NCBI GenBank assembly: GCA_963648435.1
Contig: CAVJDT010000003.1
Span: 14,582-78,581, forward strand
Direction of reading: 5' to 3'
DNA: 64,000 nucleotides
DNA from: Bacillota bacterium
GTDB taxonomy: Bacteria; Bacillota_I; Bacilli_A; ML615J-28; CAG-313
Position numbers and translations under genes: made by a program. Below the pieces are notes generated by a model. It had not been told where the DNA came from. It saw only the letters and a list, made by a program, of their open reading frames with translations, and made no database searches. The stretch's first letter is position 1, and each line of letters begins with the position of its first letter. Shown here in pieces: positions 26,301 through 35,150 of this stretch.

Positions 26301-27859
26301 TCAAAATCTGCATTTTGGGCAACAAGCACACTACCTTTAATAAAGGCTAAAAAGTCTTTAAAGATATTTTCAATCGATGGGGCATTTGCGACCATTTCAT
26401 TAGTAATACTTGTAAGTTCAGTTATAAAACTAGAAATTACGTTTTTAGGTTTAACAAAGCTTGAAAATGAATCAATAATCATTCCATCTTTTACTTTGAC
26501 TGCTCCTATTTCAATTATTTCATTGTAATTAACACTTAATCCCGTTGTTTCAAGGTCAAAAACCACATATGTGGCTTTTTTAAGATCAATATCTTCATCA
26601 TATGGATGAACAATTCTTAAATTAGTATCATCCACAAAATAAGCTTCAACCCCCGCAATCGGTTTAATATCATTCTTTTTACATAATGCAAAAAACTCAG
26701 GTAAAACATGACAATTAGCATGGTCGGTTACACCAAGAGCCTTATGACCAAATCTTTTTGCTTGTTCCACATATTCATCAACATTTAAAATACTGTCAAG
26801 AACTGACATTTTAGTATGGGCATGAAGTTCAACCCGTTTTTCTAAATTACTATCAAAGCGTTGTCTTGAAGCATCCACCCCACACACCGTAATTCGGTCA
26901 CACATAATGACAACATCTTTCGCAAAATCATCCCATTGAATATTACCTTGAAGCACAACCCGTTTATTAGGCTTAATATCTTCTTCAAAAATTTTAGCAT
27001 CACTTTCCCGGTAAAATCTTTTTATGATAATTGAATCTTGAAAATCTGTAATAACTCCTTCAAATAATCTTAAAGTTCTACCATCTTTGGCTTTTAATTC
27101 CCGAATTGAAGCTTTAACCACAATACCAGTAGTTTCAACTTTATTAGTTCCATTGATTTGTCTGAATTCTTCTACCTCCATGCTTGTCATCGGAACTTCA
27201 TGAAGAACAATTGTTAAAACGCGGTTAAAGTTGCTTCGATAAAAGGTTGATTCTTCTTTTCCTTCTGCTACTTCAGCTTTCTTTTGTTGATATAGTTCAA
27301 CACTTTTAGCTTCATTTTGATCTTCCATTCGCACAATTGATTCATGATGTAAATCTCCTTTCGAAACCTCATCAATATCAATTGAACTACTCACCTTAAT
27401 ATGGCCAATTCCATAATTAACAAAAAAGGCTTGAATTAGAGGTAAATGTTCATCAACAACATTTTGGTTATCAATCGTTGGAACTTTAAGAATTAAGTTA
27501 TTTTCTTTAATTTGACAAGGAAATTCCGCAAGTAAAATGGTTGTAGCTTTAATCTTTTTACATACTTCCACTCCTGCCTTAAAGTAAGTAATTAAATCAT
27601 CACTTGTTATAGTTGGATCTAACCATCTAATTGTAAATAATACTTTTGAAACATTGTATTTAGCAATAAATGCATTTTTAATTTTTTCAAACATGTCAGA
27701 AAGTTCATCCCATGGAAGCACTCTTCCTAAAGTTATATAGATACGCCAGGAATTATCGCTTTGCTTTACTTTAACTGATGTAATTTCACCATTTATAATA
27801 TCATCATTAACTTCAACATTTGAAAGTTTTAATGTTTCAAGCCACTTTGCATTACTCAT
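23357..27859 (-). CDS. polC: DNA polymerase III PolC-type (with 3'-5' exonuclease domain)
   Basis: 1500 aa; exonuclease motifs VVFDLETTGL and HRAIHDARTT; PHP domain; Zn-finger CPKC..CPVC. Confidence 0.95.
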   Translation of the reverse strand: MSNAKWLETLKLSNVEVNDDIINGEITSVKVKQSDNSWRIYITLGRVLPWDELSDMFEKIKNAFIAKYNVSKVLFTIRWLDPTITSDDLITYFKAGVEVCKKIKATTILLAEFPCQIKENNLILKVPTIDNQNVVDEHLPLIQAFFVNYGIGHIKVSSSIDIDEVSKGDLHHESIVRMEDQNEAKSVELYQQKKAEVAEGKEESTFYRSNFNRVLTIVLHEVPMTSMEVEEFRQINGTNKVETTGIVVKASIRELKAKDGRTLRLFEGVITDFQDSIIIKRFYRESDAKIFEEDIKPNKRVVLQGNIQWDDFAKDVVIMCDRITVCGVDASRQRFDSNLEKRVELHAHTKMSVLDSILNVDEYVEQAKRFGHKALGVTDHANCHVLPEFFALCKKNDIKPIAGVEAYFVDDTNLRIVHPYDEDIDLKKATYVVFDLETTGLSVNYNEIIEIGAVKVKDGMIIDSFSSFVKPKNVISSFITELTSITNEMVANAPSIENIFKDFLAFIKGSVLVAQNADFDTGFLYQTMRNQKIEVTRYPCIDTLDLARTLYPEGLKNYKLETIAKYLKVEIEQQHRAIHDARTTTNVFNRMLVDLFNMGITKYKMIDSLIKPEQLAKTKRPTHLCILVRNKVGLKNFYKIISDAHTTHFNRDACVYKSVLEKYREGLLVGSGCANGDIFETAYEKSYEELLDKVSYYDYLEVQPPECYNWIFENMSDEERLPIIQDIIKKIISAGYEKNVLVVATGDVHQLLKEDSKYRSIYLSVARPNGGGPHPLSRYAPLNMHFRSTTEMLDDFSFLPSNEAYDLVVTNTKKINEMIEEYPLFPNKLYVPRDDFMSKIGVPSMKEAVYDISFATTRKKYGEVLPLYVQERLEKELEAIIGHGYFSVYFISHLLVKNSNEAGYIVGSRGSVGSSFVATMMGITEVNPLKPHYVCPKCKFSAFKLSDEEKEKYHMNVPTELDTKLKKVGVGMDLEDAYCPVCGEKLNKDGVDIAFETFLGFKGDKVPDIDLNFSGEYQAKAHLFCQDTFGIDNAFRAGTVSTVMEKTAFAYTRDYYRNKNIEIRKTEIERIANFIAGSKKTTGQHPGGIVIVPDDIEYTDIIPVQYPPVDSSELENQNWRTSHYDYHSFESNLLKMDILGHDDPTVIKQLMDFVHAEPEVFPFSTVEGIPYVDDDVLSLFSSKEALKINGDDMDRFSSGTKGIPEFGTNFVRGMLETIKPKSYEDIIKVSGLSHGTDVWNRNAEELVTGSNPLYPKVEFKEVIGCRDDIMLYLLEKNLPAHDAFTIMEGVRKGKGLKPEQEALMIKYNVPDWYIYSCKRIKYMFPKAHATAYVIMALRIGWFKVHRPIYYYAAFFSKRAKEFDPEILANGRNAIRNKITEFETKLSKKEELTNKESDLLGVLYIALEMVLRGYYFRQIDIEKSEATDFVIADDKKSLYLPFISVDSLGDAVAKSIIEARHKHQFTSKADFEYRTSVNKKQYARLKTLGVLDNLPENDTLL

Positions 27860-28328
27860 ATTTTTTCCTTTCTAAGTCATTAACATCAATTATTTCGATA
27901 AATCCTTCTTCAAGCGTTGGTTTAATAATTTTTTCACCATATGAATAGACAACTTCAACTGGTAAATAAAGCTCATTAGCCATTTGATTACGACATTCAA
28001 CCCGGCTTGCACAAATACTAGGTAAAGTATCAAAATAATAAGCGATAACTTCAAATTCTTCAAAATGTTTATTTACTTCATCTCTAAATCGTTTTCTAAC
28101 TTTGGGGGTAATATTGGTCGCATCAAAAATGACATCAATTCCATTTTTTAAGTGTTCTGCGGTTAAACGATAAACTTCTGGCCAAATTAGGGATTCTTCC
28201 CAATCATGGTGCAACATTCTAATAACATCAGTTGAAACTATCATATAGCCTTTTTCTTGATGCAATTGTTTTGCATATGTACTTTTACCACTTCCAGGAA
28301 TTCCTACCATCATATGTACACGTACCAT
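27852..28328 (-). CDS. P-loop NTPase / predicted kinase (AAA_33-like) co-transcribed upstream of polC
   Basis: MMVGIPGSGKSTYAKQL Walker A; small (~150 aa); 8-nt overlap with the polC start; the true start may be Met6. Confidence 0.6.
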   Translation of the reverse strand: MVRVHMMVGIPGSGKSTYAKQLHQEKGYMIVSTDVIRMLHHDWEESLIWPEVYRLTAEHLKNGIDVIFDATNITPKVRKRFRDEVNKHFEEFEVIAYYFDTLPSICASRVECRNQMANELYLPVEVVYSYGEKIIKPTLEEGFIEIIDVNDLERKKYE

Positions 28329-28401
28329 AAATTATCCTCCTTTTTTCTTATTATATATTTTATCAAAATATGTTTTTTTTATCAAACATATCACTATAAT
28401 T

Positions 28402-29955
28402 TTAGAGTAACAAATCTTCAATATTGTATATTCTTGTGGCAAGACGTTCAATAAAATCCTTTTCATGACTTGCAAAAATAACCGTTCCTTGATATTTTTT
28501 AAGATATTCTAGTAGTTCTTCTTTAGCAATTTTATCTAAATGATTAGTAGGTTCATCAAGGATAAGAACATTAGCCTTTTTCATCATAATTTTACATAAT
28601 TTTAACTTTGCTTGTTCACCACCACTTAAAGTTTTTATCGGTTGAAGGGCTAAATTACCTACAAGTCCACATCTTGCAAGTCTTGTTCTAACATCTTTTT
28701 CATCCATTAAAGGATAAAGATTGGAAATTTCTTGCATCGGTGTATACTCTGGATGGATAAAATTATGTTCTTGTTCAAAATAAGCAATTAAAGCATCATC
28801 AACAAACTTAAAACTTCCATCAATGGGTTTTAATTCGCCAACAAGGGTCTTTAATAAAGTTGTTTTACCAATTCCATTAAATCCCGTAATTGCAAGTTTT
28901 TCACCACTTGGTATCGTAAAGTTCATAGCAGGAAGTAAGGATTTATAATAGCCAATTTCCAAATCTTTTACTTCTAATAATTTACGAGAATAAATGGGTT
29001 TATAATTAAATGATAGATTTAAATGGATATCTCCACTTTTAGGTTTTTCCATTACTTCAATTTTTTCAAGTTTTTTCTCTCTACTTTTTGCCATTTTCGC
29101 AGTTGATGCTCTAACTTTATTTTTAGCGATATAATCATTTAATTGTTTAATTTCCCGCTGTTGGGATAGATACTCCCGTTCATAGTTTTCAACTTGCATC
29201 GCTTTTTTTATTTTATAAGTCTCATAATTACCCTTATACCTAGTAATCTTACCAAACTCTAATTCCATAATAACATTTACAACATCATTTAAAAATTCTT
29301 GATTATGAGAAACAATAAAAAAATTCCCTTTATATTCTTTCAAATATTTAACAAGCCATTCCACATGAACAGTATCTAAAAAATTAGTTGGTTCATCTAA
29401 AATCAGTAAATCCGGCTGTTCTAGTAATAACTTTGTTAAAATTACTTTCATTTTTTGACCACCTGATAAATGCTCCATCACCGTATTCATCCCATAATTA
29501 ACCACTCCAAGTCCCGTAGCAATTCTTGCAATTTTGGAATTTAAAGCATAAAAGTCTTTACTTTCTAATTCTTCTCTAATGCGACTTGTATTTCTAACAT
29601 AACGGTCAATTAAAGTATGGTCAGTCATGGTTTTCATTTCATCAAGCATTGCATTCATTACTTGTTCTTCTTGATATAATTCTTTGAATGCTTCCTTTAA
29701 ATATGCTTCAATCGTAAGTTTCTTATTAATATGCATATATTGATCTAAGTAACCTACTTTAATATTTTTTTCATAAGTGATAGTCCCACTATCTGGTAAT
29801 ACCTTTCCACATAGTACTTGAATTAAGGTTGACTTACCAACCCCATTATTACCTATTACCCCAATTTTTTCATTTTCAAGGATTCTAAAACTAGCATTAT
29901 TAAATATTCTTTTTTTATCATATGTTAAATTTAAGTTTTCAACAGTTACTAACAT
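28402..29955 (-). CDS. ABC-F family ATPase (two tandem ABC domains, no TMD)
   Basis: Two Walker A motifs (GNNGVGKST, GFNGIGKTT), two LSGG signatures and an inter-domain linker of ~60 aa. Confidence 0.85.
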   Translation of the reverse strand: MLVTVENLNLTYDKKRIFNNASFRILENEKIGVIGNNGVGKSTLIQVLCGKVLPDSGTITYEKNIKVGYLDQYMHINKKLTIEAYLKEAFKELYQEEQVMNAMLDEMKTMTDHTLIDRYVRNTSRIREELESKDFYALNSKIARIATGLGVVNYGMNTVMEHLSGGQKMKVILTKLLLEQPDLLILDEPTNFLDTVHVEWLVKYLKEYKGNFFIVSHNQEFLNDVVNVIMELEFGKITRYKGNYETYKIKKAMQVENYEREYLSQQREIKQLNDYIAKNKVRASTAKMAKSREKKLEKIEVMEKPKSGDIHLNLSFNYKPIYSRKLLEVKDLEIGYYKSLLPAMNFTIPSGEKLAITGFNGIGKTTLLKTLVGELKPIDGSFKFVDDALIAYFEQEHNFIHPEYTPMQEISNLYPLMDEKDVRTRLARCGLVGNLALQPIKTLSGGEQAKLKLCKIMMKKANVLILDEPTNHLDKIAKEELLEYLKKYQGTVIFASHEKDFIERLATRIYNIEDLLL

Positions 29956-30086
29956 AAGTTTACCTCTAATATTACTACATTATAGTATACCATATTTTGA
30001 CTACTTTTTGCAATAATTTTTCCCTATTAAATAAGAAAAAAACTTAAATAATGCTTATCTTACATTATTCAAGTTTAATTTTAATT

Positions 30087-31313
30087 TTACGCTTTTAAAA
30101 CAATATTAGTTTCTACAACTTTGTTTTCAGAACGGTCATAATAAGTAATTTTAACAGTTGTTCCTACTTCATAATCAGTTAAAGTATTTAACATTGCGGA
30201 AAGAGTAGACATATTTTTTAGTTTGACACCATCAAATGTTAAAAGAATATCATCAGCACTTATCTTGGTACTTGACATTGTTCCACCTTTCGTTACATCA
30301 CGAACATAAATTCCATAAGATGCTTCATTTGCTTCATAAATTGATGTAGGAATGCTCTTTAAACCTAATTGTGAAATAGTAGCTGGAGTTAAATCTTTTA
30401 CATTTGTACCCGTAATACCTAATCTTGGTCTTACAATCTTGATATTTTTTTCAAGATATTCTGTCACAACAAGTTTTACTTCATTTGATGGAATTGCAAA
30501 TCCCATATTATCAACATTATTAGATGAAATTTTTAAAGTATTAATACCTATCAACTTACCATCTAAAGTAAATAGACCACCACCACTGTTTCCAGGATTA
30601 ATTGATGCATCATGTTGAATGTATTTACCATAAAAATCTTGAGTACCATCACCATCAGTATCTGCCGAAATATAACGTAATGGACCACTAACAACTCCAA
30701 AAGTTACCGAACCATAATAATCGAAACCTTCAGGATTTCCCACCGCAATTACAAAGGAACCTTTTTTAATTTCATCACTGTTAGCAAATTCAACAGGTTG
30801 AATGAAAACCGTTGAATCAAAAGTAATACAAGCTAAATCATCTTTATCATCATAAGCTATTACTTTGGCTTCTAATTCTAAATCATAAGCACCAAGATAT
30901 ACATAAACTTTACTTTCGCCTTTTAACTTTCCATCTTCATCAATTACAACATGACGATTAGTAATGGCATAATAAGTATAACCTGTTAGAGCCTCACCAT
31001 CATAGTTTTCAACTTGCTTATAGATAACCCCACTACCTAAGCCATAATTATCTTCAGATGTTTCATTAAAACCTACGGTACTTACTTGTTTTAAAATAAC
31101 CCCAACAACCGCGTTTTCAACTCTATTTACGGCTTCTTCAACGGCGTTTTCCAAATCAGTAATTTTAATATCTTCATAATTAACAACTTTGTTAGTAATT
31201 TCATTGGTTATATTATTGGTAATATTATTAGTTGTTAATCCATTATCACGACATCCAACTAAACAAAATACCATAACAACACATAATACGATTGATAAAA
31301 TTTTTTTCTTCAT
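30087..31313 (-). CDS. htrA: HtrA/DegP-family serine protease lipoprotein with a PDZ domain
   Basis: GNSGGGLF catalytic Ser motif plus a C-terminal PDZ domain. The start was set at MKKKILSIVLCVVMVFCLVGC (lipobox) rather than the overlapping upstream Met. Confidence 0.85.
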   Translation of the reverse strand: MKKKILSIVLCVVMVFCLVGCRDNGLTTNNITNNITNEITNKVVNYEDIKITDLENAVEEAVNRVENAVVGVILKQVSTVGFNETSEDNYGLGSGVIYKQVENYDGEALTGYTYYAITNRHVVIDEDGKLKGESKVYVYLGAYDLELEAKVIAYDDKDDLACITFDSTVFIQPVEFANSDEIKKGSFVIAVGNPEGFDYYGSVTFGVVSGPLRYISADTDGDGTQDFYGKYIQHDASINPGNSGGGLFTLDGKLIGINTLKISSNNVDNMGFAIPSNEVKLVVTEYLEKNIKIVRPRLGITGTNVKDLTPATISQLGLKSIPTSIYEANEASYGIYVRDVTKGGTMSSTKISADDILLTFDGVKLKNMSTLSAMLNTLTDYEVGTTVKITYYDRSENKVVETNIVLKA

Positions 31314-31344
31314 TTTCTTTTTTCCTTTCTTATTATTATAATTT

Positions 31345-32841
31345 TTATTTTTCAATTGGAGCTTCAAACCAAAAAGTACTACCTTTATTTTCAATTGAAG
31401 TTACTCCATATTTAAATTCATGATAATCTAAAATACCTTTAATAATTGATAAACCTAATCCACTTCCTTGCGTTGAACGTTGATGGCCTTTATCTACCCG
31501 GTAATACCGTTGCCATACATACTCTAGTTCTTCTTTTTTAATGCCAATACCATAGTCTTTAACTTCTATTCTAACTATTTTATCCTTAATAACTTGGTTA
31601 ATCTCAATTGTTTTTGAAGTACCACTATAATTAACGGCGTTACTAATAAAATTATAAATTACTTGTTCAATTTTACTGCTATCTGCCACAATATAAACCT
31701 GTTCATCAAAATTAAATATTAATTTAAATGACTCTACTTCTAAAAATTTTTGTTGTCTTGAGACAATAGTTTCAATTAAAGCTGTTAAGTCAAATTTTGT
31801 TTTATTTAAAGGTTCAGTTCGAGCTGAAATTCTTGATAAGACAAGAAGGTCAGAAACTAGATTTTTGAGGCGAGTTGCCTCATCAATGATAATTTGAACA
31901 TTAGCATTTTGATCTTCATTAGGAAAATCCCTAATCATTTCAGCATACCCCGTAATAAGGGTTAAAGGAGTTCTTAAATCATGCGATATATTGGCTAATA
32001 ATTCCCGGTTTAGAGTCTCAGTTTTTTTTAATTCTTCAACCGCATAATTCAAAGTATCATTTAACTCTGATATTTCCTTATATCCTTTGGCGTTAAAGAC
32101 TAAATTTTCATAATCACCTTCACCTAAATAAGATGCGGCAGTGGTAAGTTCAATAATCGGTTTTGATATAACCCTAGACATGAGTAAAGCAATGCAAATG
32201 GATAAGGCTACGACAATTAAAGTAATATAAAGTAACTGCGTTTTTAAAGTATCAATTGCAGGCTGAACTGGAGTAACCCGAGCATACATGACAATCATAT
32301 AATCACTATGGTTATCCGCAAGTTTAACTCTTTCACAATAAATAATTGCATTATTCGCAATAACATCATCTTTATCCGTAATTACTTGTTGAAACTCAGG
32401 CCTTGCATCATCTTTAATGACCACAAACTTAGGTTGACCGACTTTTTCAATCCCTTGATACACTTTATTTAACTGGTCAACACTTAAAATTTTACTATTA
32501 AAATCACTATCTCCATATATTATAGGATATTCAACAATTCCTAAAAGGGGATTTGTAACAACTTGTTTAACTAAATAAACACTTGCTTCAGCATCTTTTA
32601 AAAGATTGTTTATTTTTTTTACTTCTTCGGAATTGTTATTCGCATAGGTAGTAACATTACTACCATCAATGGTTGTATAAATTTCTTGCATCAAGGTTTT
32701 GGTTTGTTTAATTTTAGTAGAACGATAAACTTTATCTAGTAACAAAATTTGAAAGACACAAAAAATTAAAATAACAATCGCTGAGAAAAATAAAATATAG
32801 AGAAATAGTTTCCATTTTAAGCTCATTTTATTTAGTTTCAA
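31345..32841 (-). CDS. sensor histidine kinase (two TM, HAMP-like, HisKA, HATPase_c)
   Basis: H-box LANISHDLRTPLT; N, G1 and G2 boxes present (GSGLGLSI). Confidence 0.9.
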   Translation of the reverse strand: MKLNKMSLKWKLFLYILFFSAIVILIFCVFQILLLDKVYRSTKIKQTKTLMQEIYTTIDGSNVTTYANNNSEEVKKINNLLKDAEASVYLVKQVVTNPLLGIVEYPIIYGDSDFNSKILSVDQLNKVYQGIEKVGQPKFVVIKDDARPEFQQVITDKDDVIANNAIIYCERVKLADNHSDYMIVMYARVTPVQPAIDTLKTQLLYITLIVVALSICIALLMSRVISKPIIELTTAASYLGEGDYENLVFNAKGYKEISELNDTLNYAVEELKKTETLNRELLANISHDLRTPLTLITGYAEMIRDFPNEDQNANVQIIIDEATRLKNLVSDLLVLSRISARTEPLNKTKFDLTALIETIVSRQQKFLEVESFKLIFNFDEQVYIVADSSKIEQVIYNFISNAVNYSGTSKTIEINQVIKDKIVRIEVKDYGIGIKKEELEYVWQRYYRVDKGHQRSTQGSGLGLSIIKGILDYHEFKYGVTSIENKGSTFWFEAPIEK

Positions 32842-33508
32842 AGCGATATCCGACCCTTCTTATGGTTATAATATTATTAGAATACTTTCCAATCTTTTTT
32901 CTGAGTGATTTCATATGTGTATCTAAAGTCCTATCATCACCATAATAGCCATATCCCCAAACTTTTTCTAGTAATTGTTCTCTTGTAACGGCTACATTAG
33001 CATTATTAACAAGATATAACAATAACTCATACTCTTTGTTTGTTAAGTCTATTTTGGCATCATCAACATAAACAATGTGGGCACTAAGATCAATTTTTAA
33101 GGAACCAAATGATAATATTTTAGGTTCTTCTTTTAAAGATTCTTGAGAATGATATCGCATTAATACGGCGTTAATTCGCATCATTAACTCTTTTGGTGAA
33201 AAAGGTTTAGTTACATAATCATCAATACCTAAATCAAAACCATATAACTTATCATATTCTTCCCCCCGAGCTGAAAGCATAATAATGGGAATTTGACTAG
33301 TTTTTCTTATTTCTTTAACCGCCGAATAACCATCTAGTTCTGGCATCATCACATCCATAATAATAATATCAGGTTTTTTTTCGCTTACTTTTGTTAAAGC
33401 CTCTAAGCCATTACATGCCTCACTTACCTCGTAACCTTCAAATTGGGCATATTTTTTCACCAATTCACGGATTTGCATTTCATCATCAACTATTAATATT
33501 TGATACAT
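32828..33508 (-). CDS. OmpR-family response regulator
   Basis: MYQILIVDDE..D52 receiver domain; winged-helix C-terminus ..ITIRRVGYRF. Confidence 0.9.
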   Translation of the reverse strand: MYQILIVDDEMQIRELVKKYAQFEGYEVSEACNGLEALTKVSEKKPDIIIMDVMMPELDGYSAVKEIRKTSQIPIIMLSARGEEYDKLYGFDLGIDDYVTKPFSPKELMMRINAVLMRYHSQESLKEEPKILSFGSLKIDLSAHIVYVDDAKIDLTNKEYELLLYLVNNANVAVTREQLLEKVWGYGYYGDDRTLDTHMKSLRKKIGKYSNNIITIRRVGYRFETK

Positions 33509-33792
33509 AATTCACCCCCTAGTGTGATATTACGATAACATTATACCACATTTTTTCAAAAATTAGGTGAAATTATACTGAATTTACGCTTAAATAGAAC
33601 TAAAAAGTGGAGATTTCTCCACTATATGTAATTTTTTATTAAATACTTGTAACAATTCAATCCCCTTCTTTCATGTTTTTTACCTTTTATACACTTATTA
33701 TATCCTAACTTTTTTATCTTTATACGTTTTATAAATGTAATTCAATAGAAATTTAATTGTTTTTTTAGTATAATAGAATATGCAAATAATTT

Positions 33793-33866
33793 GCCCCTTT
33801 AGTTCAATGGTAGAATATATCAATGGTAATGATAAGATGCTAGTTCAATTCTGGCATGGGGCACCA
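33793..33866 (+). tRNA. tRNA-Thr(GGU) candidate, 74 nt with encoded CCA
   Basis: Cloverleaf folds: acceptor GCCCCTT/ATGGGGC (one T-T mismatch); D-arm GTTC-AATGGTA-GAAT; anticodon arm TATCA-AT GGT AA-TGATA; 4-nt variable loop; T-arm GCTAG-TTCAATT-CTGGC; then ACCA. A TATAAT box lies ~12 nt upstream. Confidence 0.6.
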
Positions 33867-33888
33867 TTTTGAAAATAGGAGGGATATT

Positions 33889-35127
33889 ATGAAACCCTTA
33901 GCATATACAATGCGACCTGAAAGTTATGAACACATTGTCGGTCAAGATCATTTAGTTGGTGAGACAGGCATCCTTACTAAAATGATAAAGACGAAAAGTC
34001 TTTTTTCTTTTATCCTCTATGGTAATCCCGGATGTGGAAAAACAACTATAGCTGAGGCAACTTGTAAAATGAGTGGATTTAAATGGTTTCGTTTTAATGC
34101 ATCTACAGATAATAAAGACACTTTAAGACAAATAATTACGGAATCCCGCTTTTACAGTGATTCAATTATCATCATCGATGAAATCCATCGAATGAAAAAA
34201 GATATCCAAGATTATCTACTACCATATGTGGAAAATGGAACCATTATTATGATTGGTCTTACTACCGTTAATCCCTATCACGCAGTTAACCCCGCTATTA
34301 GATCACGCTCCCACATTTACAAATTAAATGATTTAACTAGTGCTGATTTACGAAAAGTACTAGACCGTGCTTATTCATTAATCGGTGAAGGTTATGAAAT
34401 TGATAGTGATGTTTATGATTATTTAATAAATATGGCCAACCTTGAAATTAGAACTCTAATTAATAGTTTTGAAACACTCATTAAAACATCATCAACTAAA
34501 CATATAACATTAAATGATGCCATTAACACCATCCAAAAAGCAAACGTTAGTATGGATGCAAATGGTGATAGTTACTATGATACTTTAAGTGGCCTTCACA
34601 AATCAATTAGAGGTAGTGATGTCGATGCGGCCCTACACTATTTATCTAGACTAATTGTTGCGGATGACCTTCAAAGTTTATGTAGGCGACTTCTTTGCAT
34701 AGCCTATGAAGATATTGGACTTGCTAACCCTACAATTGGGCCACGCGTTGTTGCGGCATGTCAAGCCGCAAGAGAACTTGGAAATCCTGAAGCAAGACTT
34801 CCACTTTCCGTAATTGTTATTGAAATGGCCTTATCGCCAAAATCTAACAGTGCGATGCTTGCGGTAGATAAAGCTTTACAAGATGTTAATGATGGAAAAA
34901 GTGGCAGTATTCCTCTTCACCTTAAAAATACTTACTCTTTTAATCCGGCCCAAACTCCTTATAAGTATCCCCATGACTACCCTAATGCTTGGGTATATCA
35001 ACAATATTTGCCAGATGTTTTAAAAGATGCAAAATACTATACCCCAAAACCTAGTTCCAAAATTGAAGTTGGACTTATGGAGCGATATAATCAAATTGAA
35101 GAAATGAAAAAGAAATATCAAAAGTGA
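33889..35127 (+). CDS. rarA: recombination factor RarA/MgsA (AAA+ ATPase)
   Basis: ILYGNPGCGKTTIAEA Walker A. The start was moved to MKPLAYTMRP (AGGAGGGA RBS) because the track start lies inside the tRNA. Confidence 0.9.
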   Translation: MKPLAYTMRPESYEHIVGQDHLVGETGILTKMIKTKSLFSFILYGNPGCGKTTIAEATCKMSGFKWFRFNASTDNKDTLRQIITESRFYSDSIIIIDEIHRMKKDIQDYLLPYVENGTIIMIGLTTVNPYHAVNPAIRSRSHIYKLNDLTSADLRKVLDRAYSLIGEGYEIDSDVYDYLINMANLEIRTLINSFETLIKTSSTKHITLNDAINTIQKANVSMDANGDSYYDTLSGLHKSIRGSDVDAALHYLSRLIVADDLQSLCRRLLCIAYEDIGLANPTIGPRVVAACQAARELGNPEARLPLSVIVIEMALSPKSNSAMLAVDKALQDVNDGKSGSIPLHLKNTYSFNPAQTPYKYPHDYPNAWVYQQYLPDVLKDAKYYTPKPSSKIEVGLMERYNQIEEMKKKYQK

Positions 35128-35150
35128 AAGCCAAAACTTTCACTTTTTTA
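35125..35150. terminator. bidirectional rho-independent terminator
   Basis: AGTGAAAG-ccaaaa-CTTTCACTTTTTTAA overlapping the rarA stop. Confidence 0.65.

Noticed and set aside
23357-27859. Intein or insertion in PolC (1500 aa)
   Set aside because: The length is within the normal PolC range. I found no Hint-type splice junction motifs or endonuclease block, and the domain order is continuous.
28402-29955. ABC-F as an antibiotic-resistance (ARE) determinant
   Set aside because: The ~60-aa linker and the lack of a leader peptide or attenuator upstream do not distinguish ARE from housekeeping ABC-F. I left it as generic ABC-F.
33856-33888. Upstream start of rarA (MGHHFENRRDIM..)
   Set aside because: This start lies inside the tRNA. 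The downstream ATG at 33889 has a proper AGGAGGGA RBS and matches the RarA N-terminus.
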